From: Octopus vulgaris
Taxonomy: Eukaryota
Reading direction: 5' to 3'
Length of the DNA stretch: 64,000 nucleotides
Assembly (NCBI GenBank): GCA_951406725.2
Contig: OX597836.1
Span: forward strand, 38,192,001-38,256,000
Below are positions 1 through 64,000 of this stretch, piece after piece; positions within the stretch are counted from its first letter, which is position 1; each line of letters starts with the position of its first letter. The translations under genes and the position numbers were made by a program. The notes beneath the pieces were generated by a model, which searched no databases, was not told where the DNA came from, and saw nothing but the letters and a program-made list of their open reading frames with translations.

Positions 1-15
1 ATATCATTTTCTTAG

Positions 16-61545
<61,530 letters not shown>

Positions 61546-62704
61546 GTAAGAAAGTTTAAAATAGGAACATGTAGAAAAGTTAGTTTTATATGGATGCTTA
61601 GAGAAACACTGCACTCTAACGGTAAAATTAAGACAATTAAAAATCACAAATAGTTTAAGCACGCAATAGTTTCACAATAATTTATTGCAAATATTTCAAA
61701 CTACTTTTCATGTAGTATAAATTGATCATAACATTCCATTGTATTGGTATATAACATTGCATAATTGCAGCTCATATGCATAATTTTAACACCAAATGCT
61801 ATTAGTATCATTTAGTCTCACTGAATCACTTATTATGAAGAATGCTATTTATCATTGTCTCATCACTCATCCATTTGCTCACTCACTTATATTATTGCAA
61901 AGAAACTTTATGACAATTAAAAGACTTAGTCCACCTATACTGTTTTCTCAACATCCAGGCATGTAACAGTAGCTTTAGTCTCTCTCTCACCTCTTTACAA
62001 CTATATGTACTAGTTTTGTTGTTGTTATTTAGCTCTCACAACCATGACTGAGTGAGCTTAGGTTGGAGATATTTTAGCCATGACAGTTTCATCATTTTGG
62101 ATATTAGATACTGTATAATTTAACATTTAGTGATTGGTGTAAATAAGATGTACCACTAATTTTTGTGTGAAGAATGCAATAAGGAAATGCAACATCATTT
62201 TAACATTAACACATTTTTCTATTGTTGTGAGTGAAAACATTGAGCTACAGCGTCTCAGTCAAAATATATACAATACTCACATAGAGAGTTCATAGAAAAT
62301 ACTGGAGTTAACACAGCTTAAGCAAAACATTTTGTAAATAACAAGTATACATTGCTGAACATATGGTCAGAGAAATAATAGCAGTGGTCAGAACATTTCA
62401 GTGTAGCTCGTGCCTGCTGTCCTGGTGGAGGCAGAGAGAGAGAGAGAGAGAGATCTGTGCTTCTTGGCGTCTTAGCAGTGAGAGAAAGACAAAGATCACA
62501 ACCACTGGAATATATAGGTATCAGCTGCAACACTACCTGTTGGTGTTTACCAACAGATACGCTAGTCTACTACAAATGTATTCTTCCATTTCTAACATGT
62601 TATATGAACTCATTGAAGTCCCCTTATTTGTAGGGATGTGACCATTCATGTAGCTATATGCGTGTGCACATATATCTACATATATCTCGATGCATGTATA
62701 TATA

Positions 62705-63948
62705 TTGGGTCATCCCATAAATAATGCATTTTTTTATCACAGCTCTTTTTTAATCTAAAATATACTCTCCTTCATTTTATACACTGCTCTTTCACCTATC
62801 TGGTAGACTTGCAAGGCCCCTCTTCGAAAATTCACTTGTCTGTGATGAAAAATACTCCTCCAGTACTGTTCTTACCTCATCTACAGAATTTATATTTTTT
62901 CTGTCCAAATGATTTTGAAGACTATGGAATAAATGATAATCAGATGGAGCAATGTCCAATGAACATGGTGGGTGGGGCATCGTTTCTCATTCAAACTGTT
63001 CCAGCCTTTGGAATGTCATCTTCGCTGTAGGTGACCTATCATTATCCTGATGGAAGAACACCTTTCATCTTGAAACCAAAGATGGTCATTTTTCTTCTAG
63101 CGCTGACTTAAGCCACTCAAACTGCTTGCAGTAAATTTCCTTTGTTATCGTTTGGTTTGGGTTTAAAAGTTCAAAGTAGACCATACAGGTAACAACACTT
63201 CACATGGGTGAAGACCTTCTTTAACCTGGAGTGCTGGTGTTTCTTTTTTCTCTACCCACTGTCTTCAGTGCTTGATATTTTTATAGAGAGCCTATTTCTC
63301 ATCACCAGTCACTATTCAATCCAAAAAAGGTTCATTCATGAGATGTGACAGCAAAGAAGTGCTCACATTCACTCTCTGCATGTGATTAGACTTGGAAAGT
63401 TTGTAAGGAACCCATTGGCCCAATTTGTTGACTTTTCCGATGGCATGCAGGTGTCGATGACTGATGGCTGGTTGAATGACCAAATCCAAGCTTCTCTGCT
63501 AGTTCATCAACAGTTATGATGGGATTTTGTTCAACCGGGGTTTGCAGGACAGCCTTGTTGAGCACTACAGATCTTCCAGGACAAGGCTCATCTTGTAGGC
63601 TATAGTTTCCAACTCAGAATTTCTGGAACCACAGTTGACACTGGCTTACGCTTATTGTCCGATCCCCATAAACTGCCTTAATATTCCTCGCACTTTCCTT
63701 TGTGTTGTTGCCTTTATTGAACTTATAAAGAAAAACATGCTGAATATACTCTTATATCGCTTCCATTATAGCTTTGAAAAAATAACTGTTAACATTGAAC
63801 TGCACTCTTTAAAACTTGCACTAAGAATAAGGCAAAGGTAAAATTACTACCTGCTTTTATAGCAAGTTGATGCAGGTAGTTTATCCCATTTCCCACTGAC
63901 TTTTAGTTCAGGCAATTGAAAAACCACATTATTTATGGGATGACCCAA
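62705..63948 (-). mobile_element. Full-length decayed mariner transposon, second family
   Basis: TIRs ttgggtcatcccataaataatg / cattatttatgggatgacccaa, TA TSD; HPPCSLDIAPSDYHLF matches the YSPDLAPSD motif. Confidence 0.93.
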
Positions 63949-64000
63949 TATATGTGTGTGTGTATGTGCGTGCTTATATATATATATTTACACATACGTA

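Overview
This is AT-rich, intron-dominated animal DNA. The SINE/RTE repertoire and the (TA)n load suggest an octopus/coleoid cephalopod (inference). The whole window lies inside one + strand gene whose start and end are outside it. From 1 to about 50 kb the gene is an array of tiny symmetric (phase 1-1) microexons, mostly 39 nt. Eleven tandem genomic units (about 2-8 kb each) carry an A exon (consensus APAAPVKPVELTT) and a B exon (consensus AAPPPVIPVEKTT), followed by diverged solo B-type exons. Several copies are dead or altered (ATAAG donor, 1-nt deletion, in-frame stop, in-frame 15-nt deletion), and a third fossil exon class (C) is visible. From 53 to 61.5 kb come three single-exon von Willebrand factor A (VWA) domains, collagen VI/matrilin-like, separated by further phase-1 microexons. 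The ORF track misses almost all of these microexons. Introns hold two decayed mariner elements, RTE LINE fragments, SINEs, a hAT MITE, microsatellites, an inverted Penelope-like element with hammerhead ribozyme motifs, a short TSD-flanked insert with a variant hammerhead, and a motif block plus hairpin that recur between units.
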